From Tubulanus polymorphus (taxonomy: Eukaryota > Animalia > Nemertea), in assembly GCF_964204645.1 (NCBI RefSeq), contig NC_134034.1, positions 4,438,914-4,502,913 of the forward strand: a DNA stretch of 64,000 nt. The letters run 5' to 3'. The notes beneath the pieces are model-generated. The model was not told the DNA's origin, did not search any database, and worked only from the letters and a program-made list of their open reading frames with translations. Shown in pieces: positions 16,107 to 28,939 of this stretch. The stretch's first letter is position 1, and the number at the start of each line of letters is the position of its first letter. A program made the position numbers and the translations under genes.

Positions 16107-17375
16107 ATAATATTGGTTGACCGCAAGGTGGGCTACATCCCAGATGTTATTCAGTTCATCGAATACGATTTTTCTGACCATACCCGAGACGAGGAGCACG
16201 CGGTGAATATTATACAACTTCTCAACAGCAGCAGCTGCGCTGGTCTCAAGATCGACGGTTGTTGCACAGTTTCAGAAGACTGCACTTCACTGTGCGCTCA
16301 GATTAGTGAAAAACTGTCGCTGAATTGGGTTGACGTAAGCGCTTCCAGAATCGCGAAGAAGAAATCGTCGACGCTGAATATTCTGCACGGAAATCGCAGC
16401 GAATTGAAGCATTTTCCCCAGGCGCGAATTTACGCCGATAAATGCATTCATATCGAAACAGAGCGAGACATAGACGAATCGCCGGTAGAATACCCGTGCA
16501 TTATCAAACGAGAGTTCGGAGGAGGGGCGATCGGTGTGAAACTCGTGCGGAACAAAAACGAAGCCATGAGTTTTTTCGCATTGGTTGAAAGTAAGATTAG
16601 ATTTGAGGAAAACGTACCCGTAACGGGAAAGAGCTTCGGAACTAGCATGCTGATGATGAACTTTTTTGAAGGAACCGAGCACGACGTCAATATTGTTATA
16701 TACAAAGGTCAATTGATTACGGCAATAGTCACTGACAACGGCGCGACGAGGGAGGCGTCATTTCTCGAGACGTCATTGTGTATGCCGTCGTGTCTGTTGC
16801 CGGACCAGGTCACCCAGATGAAAATCGCGGCTTACCAATGTTGCAAAACAATCGGTCTAATCAACGGCGTTTATAACGTGGAAATGATGATGACGTCTTC
16901 CGGGCCGAAACTCATCGAAATCAACCCTCGTATGGGAGGATTTTACGCGGGGAACTGGATAAAAGAATGTTACTGCGTTGATTTCGTGCGATGCGTCTAT
17001 ATGTGCGCCTGTGGAGTTAGACCGCACGTTTACAAACCCGCACCACGCGGTCAACTACTGGGCATCACGTGTCTACAGTCGATTCATGCCCATATACGGG
17101 ATATGATGGATGAAATCAACGATTTATGCGATAGCGGTGAAATTCTATTCAACCCAATCATTTCTTATACAGCCGGTGAACCAGTCGACAGAGATACCGA
17201 AAAGCCCATTTGTTATTTAGCTGTGAAAAGCAATGATTTGGACGAAGCCAAGAAAAAACTACTGAGAATATGTGGACGATTCGGAATCTCGACTGAAGAA
17301 TACAACGTTCGTGAAATTTTGCAAACCTTTCGCAAGAGACCGATGAATTACGTAGGAAAAACGTTGAAATCATAA
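16107..17375 (+). CDS. CARNS1: Carnosine synthase 1-like, final exon (C-terminal ATP-grasp domain)
   Basis: YPCIIKREFGGGAIGVKLV, EGTEHDV and GVYNVEM..GPKLIEINPRMGGFY; the five exons total 2730 nt = 909 aa + stop. Confidence 0.93.
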   Translation: MILVDRKVGYIPDVIQFIEYDFSDHTRDEEHAVNIIQLLNSSSCAGLKIDGCCTVSEDCTSLCAQISEKLSLNWVDVSASRIAKKKSSTLNILHGNRSELKHFPQARIYADKCIHIETERDIDESPVEYPCIIKREFGGGAIGVKLVRNKNEAMSFFALVESKIRFEENVPVTGKSFGTSMLMMNFFEGTEHDVNIVIYKGQLITAIVTDNGATREASFLETSLCMPSCLLPDQVTQMKIAAYQCCKTIGLINGVYNVEMMMTSSGPKLIEINPRMGGFYAGNWIKECYCVDFVRCVYMCACGVRPHVYKPAPRGQLLGITCLQSIHAHIRDMMDEINDLCDSGEILFNPIISYTAGEPVDRDTEKPICYLAVKSNDLDEAKKKLLRICGRFGISTEEYNVREILQTFRKRPMNYVGKTLKS

Positions 17376-18358
17376 TTTCGATCGTTTATCTTTGATTTAT
17401 CTCGTGTTGATATTAGATTTTTATCACAATTACGATTATTCTATCTTATTTCATCCTGCACATTCACCGAGAATGTACATCCCTAATGATTATCGATTAT
17501 TTCCTTGTGTGAAGTCAGATGTTGTTCCATAAACAAATCATTCGCTTGAATTTATGTCATTTTTATAGCCATAACATTAATCCGCTCTGTGAGAGGATTT
17601 CGGAAGTCATTGCGTCCGTATCGTCAATATCGGTCATCTATTCGGCGCGGTGTAAGCATCTGACGTCAAACACAATGACTCCGTAATAATCCCGAATAAT
17701 AATCATTCGGCGCGGTGTAACCCCCAAGCCAGTCGGAGGAGATAAACGCTATCACGTTCGTGTTACCATCGCGGGTTGGATCTCATCGCTGCTCCCAATA
17801 AAAGTCAAGTCTTCGAATAACTGCCGAGGGAAATAAATACAGCTAATAATTTCGTTATGAATTTAAAGCGACTTCCATAAATATCCAGTGAAATAGAAAG
17901 ACTTTTCAGTTAGAGGCTGTCCGTTAAGGGAACAACTTGAACAAGAGAGAACAAGATTAAAACGTGTCGTATCTTGAAATTAAAAACTGTCCAGTTATAC
18001 CTATAACAACTCCACAGCTACGATATGCACCTGGTTTGATAACATGAATATATATTCTGTATTTATCCGAAATATCGGCTCACTAAATACAGATCATTAT
18101 TTGTAGCAACAAGATACAGGCCATGCACCTAGATTACATTCGCTGTATCCATTTTGACATCCGCAACACCCCATTTAACCGACCAGCACTTACATCCAAC
18201 ATCGCGTATGTTTCTATCGAGCGACACTTCTGAATGATAAAAATTCAGTATCGATATATCGATCAGTTTTACGACGTGGCCGAATTGACACTAGATGCAC
18301 TTTTATACCGTATAGGGATGACGTCAAAATAGATGCTATCATTTTGTAAAGTCTCCTG

Positions 18359-20512
18359 GACCCAGTTTCGACAGTTATTGTTTAAGTCTGAATTAATACT
18401 TTGAATGAATTCATTCCTTTCAAATTTTCATCTTCGAAATATCGATGGTATTCCCTTTTATTCAAAGGATCATCGATATACATTGATTTGATTCTGCTAA
18501 TTAGAATGTGCCTAAAATGGCGTCCCTTTAAAAACCCTCCACATCTGCCGGTGAAAAATAAAATTTTTATTTTGAAATTGGAAAGTACGGATACAGATGT
18601 AGTTGGTCGAATTTATAACTTTTGTTCAAATCGAAGAGTGCATCGTCGTATATTAAAGTTCTGGTTCGTGTTAAAAAATCGAGGACGGCCTGAACGGGCA
18701 TGCGACTAATAAAGAAGTTTCCAGTTTCTAGGCGCCATTTTGTGGCGGTCCCGCGAGGTCCCCATTGTTGCGATAATTTGCGCTCATTTTTAAAACATAC
18801 GTTTAGATTGAATATCATATAGTTATGCAGTCCCTTGCTCGACGAAATCAATTTACACACCATTTTAAAGGAAATGAAATGCAGATATTTGCTGGCGATT
18901 CTTGGAATTTTTGAACGCAACAATTGAGAACAGTGACGATGTGAAACCAAGGACCGCATATCTTAACCGTGCGTAAAAGAAATCGCAATATTTATTAATT
19001 TTAAAATATCTAAGTATCGCTTAAAGCTATATTTCCAATTTTCACAGAGGTTAAAGAGGGTTATTTGCAGTTAAAGCCTGCGTTGAATTTTTCAAAATAT
19101 ATTTCCTGACGACTGATCTGTACCCGCTTGAGTTTGAGATTACGCAAAAGGGGTCTCCCACTGCGCATTGCAATTTCACTGAACATTGAGATTTGCGACA
19201 AGAAATTTTTAAATGCAATTTGATTTCTTCACATTTTCCATGGGGATATTTTGAGATGATAATCCATATCTTCTTTGTACCGTATTTTGGCGGGAGCAAT
19301 TCGTTAATCTGGTTTCGGGATCCGGTTTGTCCCGCTATTGAAGTGTGAACGGCCCAGTTGAGGAATTGTCGTATACAGCCCGTCCAGCCTAGCGCCGATT
19401 TTGTGTTCGGTGAAATCAAACGTTTTAGAGTCGATGGTGAAATGTGCCAGTCAATTTAAACGCTTAGGACATATTTAACACATATCTCTCTCTGGTAATC
19501 CCTCATTCTGGGATCATACGATGAATTTAATGAATCTCAACCTTCTTGCTGGAAAACATCGACCAGAAAACCTTACTGATATAAAATTCCAATATAATAT
19601 TTAAAGGGGTTCATATCTGTCCCCCATTTGATATTCTGTTTTAGGGGGTCAACGTCCAGTTTGGCAACTTTCAGCTGCGCCGCATATTCAAAACTATATA
19701 AAAACTTAGATTTTTTTCTAGTGTCCAACCATGAGTGGTACATTCGGTTGAAACGCAAATTAGTTTCTCAACTAGGCCACATTTGCAACCAACACAGAAA
19801 GTCCCCACTCTAACAAGAAATCCTTTAATTTCCCAACGCTAAAAAACTCGAATTCATCAAAACACTCAAAGTCCATTTTCAACCATACGAAAATAAAGGT
19901 AATATATAACCATCAGAAGCAATATTGATAATTACAAACCAGTATAAAATCTTATTTTTGCGATTTCTTTTCACAAATCTCAATGTTCAGTGAAATGGCG
20001 GTGCGCAGTGGGAGACCCCTTTTGCGCGTAATCTCCAACTCAAGCGGGTACAGATCAGTCGTCAGGGAAGACATTTTAAAAAATTCAACGCAGGCTTTAA
20101 CTGCAAATAACCCTCTTTAACCTCTGTGAAAATTGGAAATATAGCTTTAAGAGATACTAAGATATTTTAAAATTAATAAATATTGCGATTTCTTTTACGC
20201 ACGGTTAAGATATGCGGTCCTTGGTTTCACATCGTCACTGTTCTCAATTGTTGCGTTCAAAAATTCCAAGAATCGCCAGCAAATATCTGCATTTCATTTC
20301 CTTTAAAATGGTGTGTAAATTGATTTCGTCGAGCAAGGGACTGCAGAACTATATGATATTCAATCTAAACGTATGTTTTAAAAATGAGCGCAAATTATCG
20401 CAACAATGGGGACCTCGCGGGACCGCCACAAAATGGCGCCTAGAAACTGGAAACTTCTTTATTGGGTGTTAACAGTAGTCAAATATATAAGCCAACATTT
20501 AGGAACTGGGTC
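18359..20512. mobile_element. Harbinger/PIF-like outer element with CTG target duplication
   Basis: CTG|GACCCAGTTTC ... GGAACTGGGTC|CTG. Confidence 0.5.
18708..20463. mobile_element. Foldback/MITE with ~500-bp near-identical TIRs (ISL2EU/Harbinger-like, possible AT TSD)
   Basis: Arms 18708-19206 and 19963-20463 are reverse complements with few mismatches; this explains the mirrored ORFs at 18567-18959 and 20212-20472. Confidence 0.85.
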
Positions 20513-22440
20513 CTGAGATCGAAATAAGGTCTTATTCGCTTACTTTCAGTGGAAACAACTCGTAAAATGACTACCGCGACCTCGACAATTAAAATGAAGA
20601 TCTGTAAAAATGTTTAAGATTCAAATATGTACAACTGCTACCTACAGTTTATTATCAGTTTTTAGCAATTCTGATTCGTGTTGCCATTCGTGGTACCTCT
20701 CTTCAAGATTGTAGATTGGTGAGATTCAAAGCTCGTGTGTCAGAGAATTCAGCCTTAGAGAATCATGATGAACCACGCCAGATGGAGGGTATTTTATACA
20801 ATTCCAGTATAAGAGGCTTAGCTCAGACATTGCGAACTCGGTGGTGTCAATCTGGAATAAATGTTAATCATTGCATACATAATGAACGGCTTTACCGAAT
20901 TCTATTGAAATAGTTTTCCACCCCAACAAATTAGAATCTGCCGTTTCAGGTTTGAATACGATACACATCAATTCAAGTTTACTCAGTGCATCAAAACATA
21001 GTTGAAAATCTATAGGACTATTCAAGTAGCCCCATAGCCTTGACATATCTGCGGCATATATAAAGGGCCTACCATACGTCTGCAACCATCAAAATAACAC
21101 GCTCATGGGTTCGGTGGACGGAAACGCCCCCTAAAAAAATGGTACTGGCTACGGTGAAGTACGGTACAGCTTATAATCAAATTGACGCATCAATTGACGA
21201 ATTATGCGCATCGTTCGTGTGTTGAACGCATTATGTTCTAGTTAATCGTAGTTCCAATTGAAACGCGTCGTACACGCGATTGGATGACGTTTTAAAACCG
21301 ATACATCGATGTACGGTACGCGTTTTATTTATTTTCAAAAGGCCGATCAATGTCCGTTTTACACGTAAACGAAACGGTAAATAAACGTTAACGATGTCAG
21401 TTTGATTCTTAACCTTAGAATGCCCCTGTGCGAATCGGAAAAAAAGAGCAATTGATATTGTTGAAAATTTTTAAACTTGACCCCACACCTTCGAACACTT
21501 TTGAAAAAATGTGCATTAAGTGTTTAATTAATCCAACCAATTTTATTTAAGAAGGAAGGTCTTCGGAGAATTTTGATTTAAAAAACACGTGTAATCGTCT
21601 ACAGGGTCGCTTGGTTAGAATTTTGAAGAAACCGCATATTCATTGACGACTTATTCGACACCGTGAGTGTTACTGCATTGGAACTTGTCGATCTCTTAAT
21701 CATCCGCGCGGAGGTCCAGTGAAGTAGAATTCCCCCTGTACACAATGCAAAAAAGAGCAGCAAGTATAGTTAAAAAACGTTTAGTCTAGACCCTGCAAGC
21801 CCCTGGCTTCTAATTCGTCGGAGGCTATTTTTGCGCAGCCCGATAGCCCTGAAATTCCCCAGGCTTATAGGGACGCAATAGGTGGTTAGCTATTAAAAAC
21901 GCACGTACACATGTGCGGTGGACGGTAACTTACCTATAAAAACCGTAAAAGATATTGTATTCATTGATATTTTCGAAATTCTTAAAACCATATACACTGA
22001 ATATCTAGTTATTTCAAACAATTAATTTCTGTATATAAACATCTATATTTGTCCACAGGGGGCACGTGGTTAGAATTTTGAAGATACCGTTTATTCGTAA
22101 ACGACTTATACGATTCACTGGGAATGCAGTCTCAAATGTTTTGTGACTTTCTCAAAATGTATCAAAAATTTAAGTAATTTTTAGTTCATAAGTCTTCAAA
22201 TATTCATAAATGAACAGTTAAAAATTGTTGAAACATGTCGACTCAGCCGTAAAATCAACCCATTCACAGTCCCGAATGTGGGATAATGTCGGGCTTTAGA
22301 GAACATAATGCCCCCGAGGTCTTCACATTTACAGATAAGATTATGTAAGCGTGTCGCGCGTTACACCGGATAGGCACACAATAGAAATATGAGCCGCACG
22401 TTCATTGATCATCACCAATTAAGAGGACCGCTATTGTGAA

Positions 22441-22690
22441 AATTGACCTTGGGAGGAATATTCCTCCCAAAGTCAATCGATGGAAACTTGACCAAGGGGT
22501 CTGATATTCAAACAATTGACTTTGGGAGGAATATTCCTCCCAAGGTCAAACGAAGAGAATTTGACCTTCAGTTCTGATATTCAAAGTATCGACTTCGGGA
22601 GGAATATTCCTCCGACTGTCAAACGAAGGAAAATGGACCTAGGTCTGATATTCGAAATATTGACTTTGGGATGAATATTCGTCCAAACCT
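22441..22690. repeat. Tandem array of four ~73-bp units, each with a 34-bp palindrome
   Basis: TTGACYTTGGGAGGAATATTCCTCCCAARGTCAA at 22443, 22516, 22589 and 22660 (last two decayed). Confidence 0.9.
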
Positions 22691-23699
22691 CTAACGCTAA
22701 AAACCTGAGCTTTTAGAATGATAGGTCTACATAAATGATATTGATGTAATTGTTTTTAATGAATAGTATACTATAGCGACGAAACCAGACATATTTGGGC
22801 AATTTGATTATTAATATACACTGTATTTGAGGGTCTGCGACAAATAATTTTAGAAAGTTAAATAGCTGTAGTACAGGTTCTAATAATGAGCCTAATATAG
22901 TCTTCACATCGCAATCAGTTGTTAGAATGCATCTTCCTTTTTCTTGTTTTGATCTGAGACCACTAGTTAAATTTTTTTCTTGATTGATTCACGCTGGGAG
23001 GTCTACATCAAATTATATTGTTGATCAAATCAATTATGTTTCAACTGCGAATTCACATTTCATATTGATATTAATAATCAATATTACTCATCATTATATA
23101 GCGCACTGCTGCAAATTGTAACCAGTGTGCTTTTCATGGGTATAAAATAAACACAAGTTGAAGAAATCGAATTTGAAATACGTGGATAATAAAAAATAAG
23201 TTGAAGGTATGGCGGAGAGATCTGACGAAAAGAAACAACAAACGATATGGGCGCCAAATTGACCCATGCCTAATTGCCCGACCAAATAGTCCGACCAGAC
23301 CTGAGTTAAATTAAGCCGAGTCAAATTAGCGTGTTTATTTAAACTGGTTCTGGAAGTCAGTCACTTCGCATTGCTTAAGTATGGACTCGTTTTAGAGTCT
23401 CTTCAAGCATTGTTTAGTATCGAATGAATGAGTTTGCATTTGAATGTGAAATAAATTTGAAAATGAAAATCAGCGCGCTCTTTGGTAAGCCATGAAAACA
23501 ATTAAAGTCGGACCCTAATTCGAGCCAATTTGTTTGCAAATTAGCCATTGTCCTAGTTTTAACTTCTGATTTGTACCCTGTATAGGCCGGTTTATATTTC
23601 TGTTTGTACTCTTTCATAGAAATTCGACAGATATCAAATGGCATCTTTGATTACAGACACTGTTGACCGGTACACACCAATATGTCCATCCATCTGACA

Positions 23700-23737
23700 T
23701 ACGAGCAATTATCTCATTAATGAGATAATTGCTCGTA
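23700..23737. repeat. Perfect 38-bp palindrome
   Basis: TACGAGCAATTATCTCATTAATGAGATAATTGCTCGTA. Confidence 0.9.
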
Positions 23738-24537
23738 GATCCGACAGCTACGTTTTACAACTAGAAGTGCATAAAATCAGATTCCTAATGATATTACATG
23801 TATTACTATAAAGAATAAGTTGTTAATTATGATTAAATTCAAAGAGAATTGAGAAAATATCTTGCTTTGAATGGCTTTTAATCAAATATTGGAAAGGGCG
23901 ATTTTGAAGGGGGAATTTTATCCGCGGTGTCACTGCTAATCGAGTAATCAAGAAGCACAAACTCCCTAAGGTGATAAAGTGTTTTAAGCAGATCTTTTCC
24001 GATTGTGATCCCAATATATGAATTGCACATGGAACTATTATGTATAAACACCTCTCACAATTTACGTGATGACTGAGTGGCGTCCTTTTGCACAAGCTAT
24101 ATTACACCGTGATGAAAAGCCTTTTATAGTTTAGAGTTGGATTTCTCGATGTATAAATGCAAGGAGGGTCAGAAGCTTTATGCTCAATAACATTAGGTTC
24201 CTATAAATGTTTGCTATGGATTTCAAAATAAAAGAAAAATCTACGTTTAAATGAGATATCTGTTTCATTACTCGTGATATATCGAGGAATCTATGCAATG
24301 AAATTTGACGATTTCAAAATTATTACAAAATGAGCAAACTTTGTGATATCTGCTAACAGTATAAATGCAAGCGTATATGCGGATTTGCGTGATATGTAAT
24401 AAATATCGTAGCGAATAATCAAAGTGAGAAAAGTATCTACCGTAGCTAGAGATGATAATGAGTCTCATATCCAGAATATCTGAACCAAAATATCTCCCTC
24501 AAAAAACCTTCAACCATTCAAAAATACATAGGAATAT

Positions 24538-25297
24538 GGTTGTAGGTAAAAATCTCCCTGGTAAAAATCCCCTAGGTAAATATCCCCTGTGGAAAGACCC
24601 AAAATATTCAAAGTAGGTAAAAATCCCCACTCGGTGATTTTCAAAGACATTTCAAAGCAAAATGTTTCTCCAATTTTATTAATTTGCTATGAGACTGAAA
24701 TATGTTAGAACTGTGCAATGAAATCTTTCGTTGCGATAAATTCTTAAGTAAAACTCTTAGCATAAAATAAATTGTTAGAATTGATAAGAATAATAAATTT
24801 TAATTTGTAATATCTAAAGATTCGAACAGGAGTATTTTTGAACTGCGGACTCTTGTTAACTGTGGTATATTTCAGCTGTGCGATGCCAAAAATCATTAGA
24901 AATAATGTTCTTTTGATTTGAAATATTTTAGATTCAAGCTAGTGTAATATATTTGAAATGTGCGATGAACCCTTCCATTAAGCTGTGCGATCACTTTATT
25001 TACCAATTTAGTAGTAATGAACAATGTTAATTTTGTAGTATGTTTTAATTCAAATAGTATATACTATAGTTTGTATACTCATGATATCATTATGGTGTTT
25101 CACAGTAAAATATGAATAAATTGGATATATGTATCAATAATATGAATTAATTGACCTTAAGATTGTATCTACAATCCATTCAAAAGGAGGGGGATTTCTA
25201 CCTACACTAAAGAATCAGGGATTTTTACCGAGAGGATTTTAACCTAGGGGATTGTTACCTAGGGTATTTTTTACCCAGATGATTTTTGCCGCTAACC
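24538..25297. mobile_element. Mutator-like MITE with repeat-structured TIRs
   Basis: GGTTGTAGGTAAAAATC(C)CC repeats at left, inverted GGGGATT.TTACC repeats ending AACC at right; TSD unclear. Confidence 0.6.
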
Positions 25298-25629
25298 ATA
25301 GATGTAGTTTGTAATTTTGAATAATGGCCTTGGCAATGCACTAATTATGAACAATTTACTTTGTTTTGTTGAATTAACTACTTGTAATCAATTCACTATA
25401 GAACTATGGAGGTCATTGCATTATAGAAATTAAACTGTTGACAAGTTGTAATAAATCTCTATAGATGAAACGATTTTAAAGAAAATGCATTATGTTTGTA
25501 GTTTCTATTCAACTACTATTGACTGTGCACCTCGGGCACAATCAACTCGTCATCTCCATGATTTCTATCACACATCATCAGCTGCCATTGAAATCACGAT
25601 AGGTAGAACACAATATCCGTGTTGACGCG

Positions 25630-25840
25630 ATGAGGAGAGAATCCCACAATGATAATAAAAAGTCCGAAAATGAAACTTCGAGATAGTAGTTTATTTCAAC
25701 GTTTCGACTATATCCTAATAGTCATCTTCAGGAATAATGAGAAGATGACTATTAGGATATAGTCGAAACGTTGAAATAAACTACTATCTCGAAGTTTCAT
25801 TTTCGGACTTTTTATTATCATTGTGGGATTCTCTCCTCAT
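25630..25840. mobile_element. Penelope-like inverted terminal remnant (100-bp perfect arms, 11-nt loop)
   Basis: 25630-25729 is the reverse complement of 25741-25840; 12-bp direct repeat TGCCATTGAAAT at 25583-25594 and 25840-25851. Confidence 0.75.
25691..25737 (-). ncRNA. Minimal type I hammerhead ribozyme motif
   Basis: Minus strand TTATTC-CTGAAGA-TGACTAT-TAGGAT-ATAGTC-GAAAC-GTT-GAAATAA: CUGANGA and GAAA cores, stem II, short palindromic stem III. Confidence 0.7.
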
Positions 25841-27048
25841 GCCATTGAAATATTTGATTAGGCAGTCCTATCAAAAGTAGCGTAAATTGATACATGCGAA
25901 TAATTGATATTTCCAAAGGGTTTTTGTTACTGGCTCGTTTACATGGGAATGGTCGAAATTCCCCGTTAAGAATCCCCCGAGAAATCCCATTGAAGAGGTT
26001 ATGATTTGCTGCTGTAGGCCTGTTTTTTCGTTTGTATTGCAAAATTTAGTCCAAACTAACTGGAATCGTTTAAAATTGATTTCTGTGAAAATTTTCAATT
26101 TTTCCCCACATGTCAACAAGTGCCTTTCAAATCAGAATAGATTCCGATTGCGAAATAATGATTGTAGCAATTTTTTTAGTATTATTTATCTAGGTTTGAT
26201 ACGTCAAGATTTCAGTAAAAAGGGCAACTTTATCGTTTATGTTAGCGAAGCTTGGTATACAAGCAGGCTGACAATAACAAGCCACTGCATTTTATGGGGT
26301 TAGTCTTTGTATAGCTCTTTATCTATAGAAAGTCAGTGATTAAGCCCTAAGTAAATATTGCTCAATTAAAGAGAATTCATTATGATGAGCAATGTACTAG
26401 CGATGACAGGCCTATGAGGCACCCGTAAATCAAAAATATATTTCGCTGTGCGATGCGAAAATTATTGAAAATAATAAAACTTTTAATTTGAAATCGCTTA
26501 AATCAAAGCTAGTGTAATATATTTGAACTTCCTAGCGATATATTTGTCCCGTGCGATAACTTTTAGTATTAATTTAGTATTAATGAAGTATATCAATCTT
26601 TGGGTGAACGGAAAAAATGGCCTACGGAAAAATTGCCGCTAAATGAATATTAGAATTTGCTCCTTTTGTAATAACTTTGAATTGTCAAATTCAACTGGAC
26701 ATTGGTGTATGCTGAATATCACGAACAACGAAACATTTATCCTTAAAAACGTTGATTTTCTTTTTCATCTTTCTTTATTTCAATAATAATCAATCGATTT
26801 TTAAGTCGAATTAATTACCAGGATAGCGACTTAATGTGTATTGTGCTTTTAAGTCAACTAGTTTCCGAACCCATGGTATGTCAATCAAGACAGATCTTCG
26901 TCTAGAAAAAGTAAGATGCATTCTATCATGGACTCTAAAACGATTGATTCGCATAGCTGTTTATACTAGAACATGATTCTATTTGAGCCTATATACATTT
27001 CATGTAATGAACTATTGAATAAATCTATAAATTCACAGCTGTTACAGC

Positions 27049-27405
27049 TGTTACTATGACGCCGAGACATATGAGTCATAATATTGCAAACGTGTAGAAC
27101 ACTCTAGAACCGGAACCAGATGACGTGGCAGGAACTGAACAGACGCTGTAACATTACGCTTAGGATATTCTATCTCTCGAAACGAAATTAGGAGTTTATA
27201 GTTTACAATTCTAAATCTAAATGTAAGTACTGTTTTTTGTAGTTATTAGGGCTATTAAATATGAAACCTTTGGATATATTTAAGTGTATTTAGTATATCT
27301 TTTAGATGGCTTGAGTTGCCGCTAATATCTTTTAGATTAATAAAACGCCATACGCATCAAGAAGTGATAGAGAAACTCAAGATACTCTTTCTGACTGAGG
27401 AATCA
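27049..27405 (+). mobile_element. Probable solo LTR (BEL-like)
   Basis: TG...CA ends, ACAGC 5-bp duplication on both sides, internal GTAAGT...TTTAG and AATAAA arranged as in the BEL LTR at 56058. Confidence 0.55.
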
Positions 27406-27718
27406 ACAGCAATGGATATCGAACCAATAGAAATTAGCACAAGAAACACAAGAATCGCCAAAAGATCGAAGAAGAAACTATATAAGAATTTCAAAAACAT
27501 TAAGACTCCAATGATTAAGTTTAACATTTGTTGATGTAGTTAAATATTTACCAGCAATTGAAAAAATGTTTGTAATTATAAATTGTATTTATAGAAATCA
27601 AATGATGTATTGGAAGAAACGACTGAACAAATTGTATAATGTATTGTGTAAATCTGATTGATGAATTTTTATGTTCGGTCGTTTCTATTCAGAATGTAGA
27701 TTCGTATATTCACGATGT

Positions 27719-28301
27719 AGATTATTTTTCAACACACTCAGATAAAAAAGCATCTATTATAGAAAGATTTAATAAAACATTGAAAACTAGAATGTGGAAA
27801 TATTTTACTGCTAATGAAACATATAAATATATCGATGTGTTAGATGATTTAGTGAAAGGTTATAATAATTCTAAACATAGTTCTATAAATATGAAACCTA
27901 TACGAGCTAGAAAAGAAGATAATTCGGAAATAGTTTGGAATAATTTATATGGAGCATTTGTTAGACATGATTTCGGAGAACCTAAATTTAAAATAGGACA
28001 ACACGTTAGAATATCTAAATATAGAAAAACATTTTATAAAGGTTATACCCAAAATTTTACAGAAGAAATATTCAAGATTAAAAAGATAATATTAACTAAA
28101 CCGTTTGTTTATAAATTAGAAGATTTAAAAGATGAAGAAATATTAGGTTATTTCTATGAACAAGAATTATCACTTGTACCAAATCCAGATGAGATAGAAT
28201 ACAAAATAGAAAAAGTATTGAAAACAAAAACTCTTAAAGGAAAAAAGTATTCTTTGGTGAAATATAAAGGATATGATGATAAATTTAATGAATGGAATTA
28301 A
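27719..28301 (+). pseudogene. Retroviral-like integrase, C-terminal half with chromodomain (5' truncated)
   Basis: KASIIERFNKTLK..YNNSKHSSINMKP..FKIGQHVRISK..KGY; chromo-like YKIEKVLK..LVKYKGYDDKFNEW. Confidence 0.9.
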
Positions 28302-28323
28302 TCAAGTAAAATTAAAAAGATAA

Positions 28324-28936
28324 ATGAATAAAGATTTATTTATATTTGAACCGCATAATATGTTAGTTACTGGTGTAACAAACTGTGGTAAAACACATTT
28401 CATATTAGATTTGTTAGAAACTATTTATAAGAATCATTTTGATAATATAATATTATTCTGCCCTACTTATGAAATGAATAAAACATATAATAGAGACATA
28501 GTTAAGATAAAAAAGTTTATTATATTAAATCCTAAAACAGTAAAAGAAAATTTAGATAATTGTATAAAAATAGCAATTGATACTTATAAAGGATCAAATA
28601 CATTATTCATTGTAGATGATTGCGCAAATTTACATGATTCAAAAGTGAGAGAAAGTGAGTTATGTTATTTAGCTTTCTCTGGAAGACATTTTGGGATAAC
28701 AACATGGGTTTTAAATCAAAAATATAATTCAATTGTTAAAGACTTTAGGGAGAATATAAGATTTCTAGTTTTATTCTACAATAAAGATAGAAAATCTATG
28801 CAACAATCATTGGAAGAAAATCAAATTATACCTACTGAATTACATGATTGATATATGAATACATTAAAGAATAATAAAGGTTCAAAATTATTACTGAGAT
28901 TACAATTTCCCTATGAATATAAATTTATAAAATAAC
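28324..28936 (+). pseudogene. FtsK/HerA-family (A32-like) DNA packaging ATPase with premature TGA at 28849-28851
   Basis: Walker A GVTNCGKT, Walker B FIVDD, GRH motif; frame continues past the stop (YMNTLKNNKGSKLLLRLQFPY). Confidence 0.88.
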
Positions 28937-28939
28937 TAT

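Noticed and set aside
18567-20472. Apparent duplicated gene (MRSLVSHRHC...) on opposite strands
   Set aside because: Produced by the TIRs of a foldback element; no protein features
22441-22690. CRISPR-like array (palindromic ~34-bp repeats with ~39-bp spacers)
   Set aside because: Spacers are homologous to each other, no cas genes, eukaryotic context; it is a tandem repeat
27639-27718. N-terminus of the integrase ORF (MYCVNL...)
   Set aside because: Lacks the first catalytic residues and the TAAATG motif; flanking DNA fused to a truncated gene
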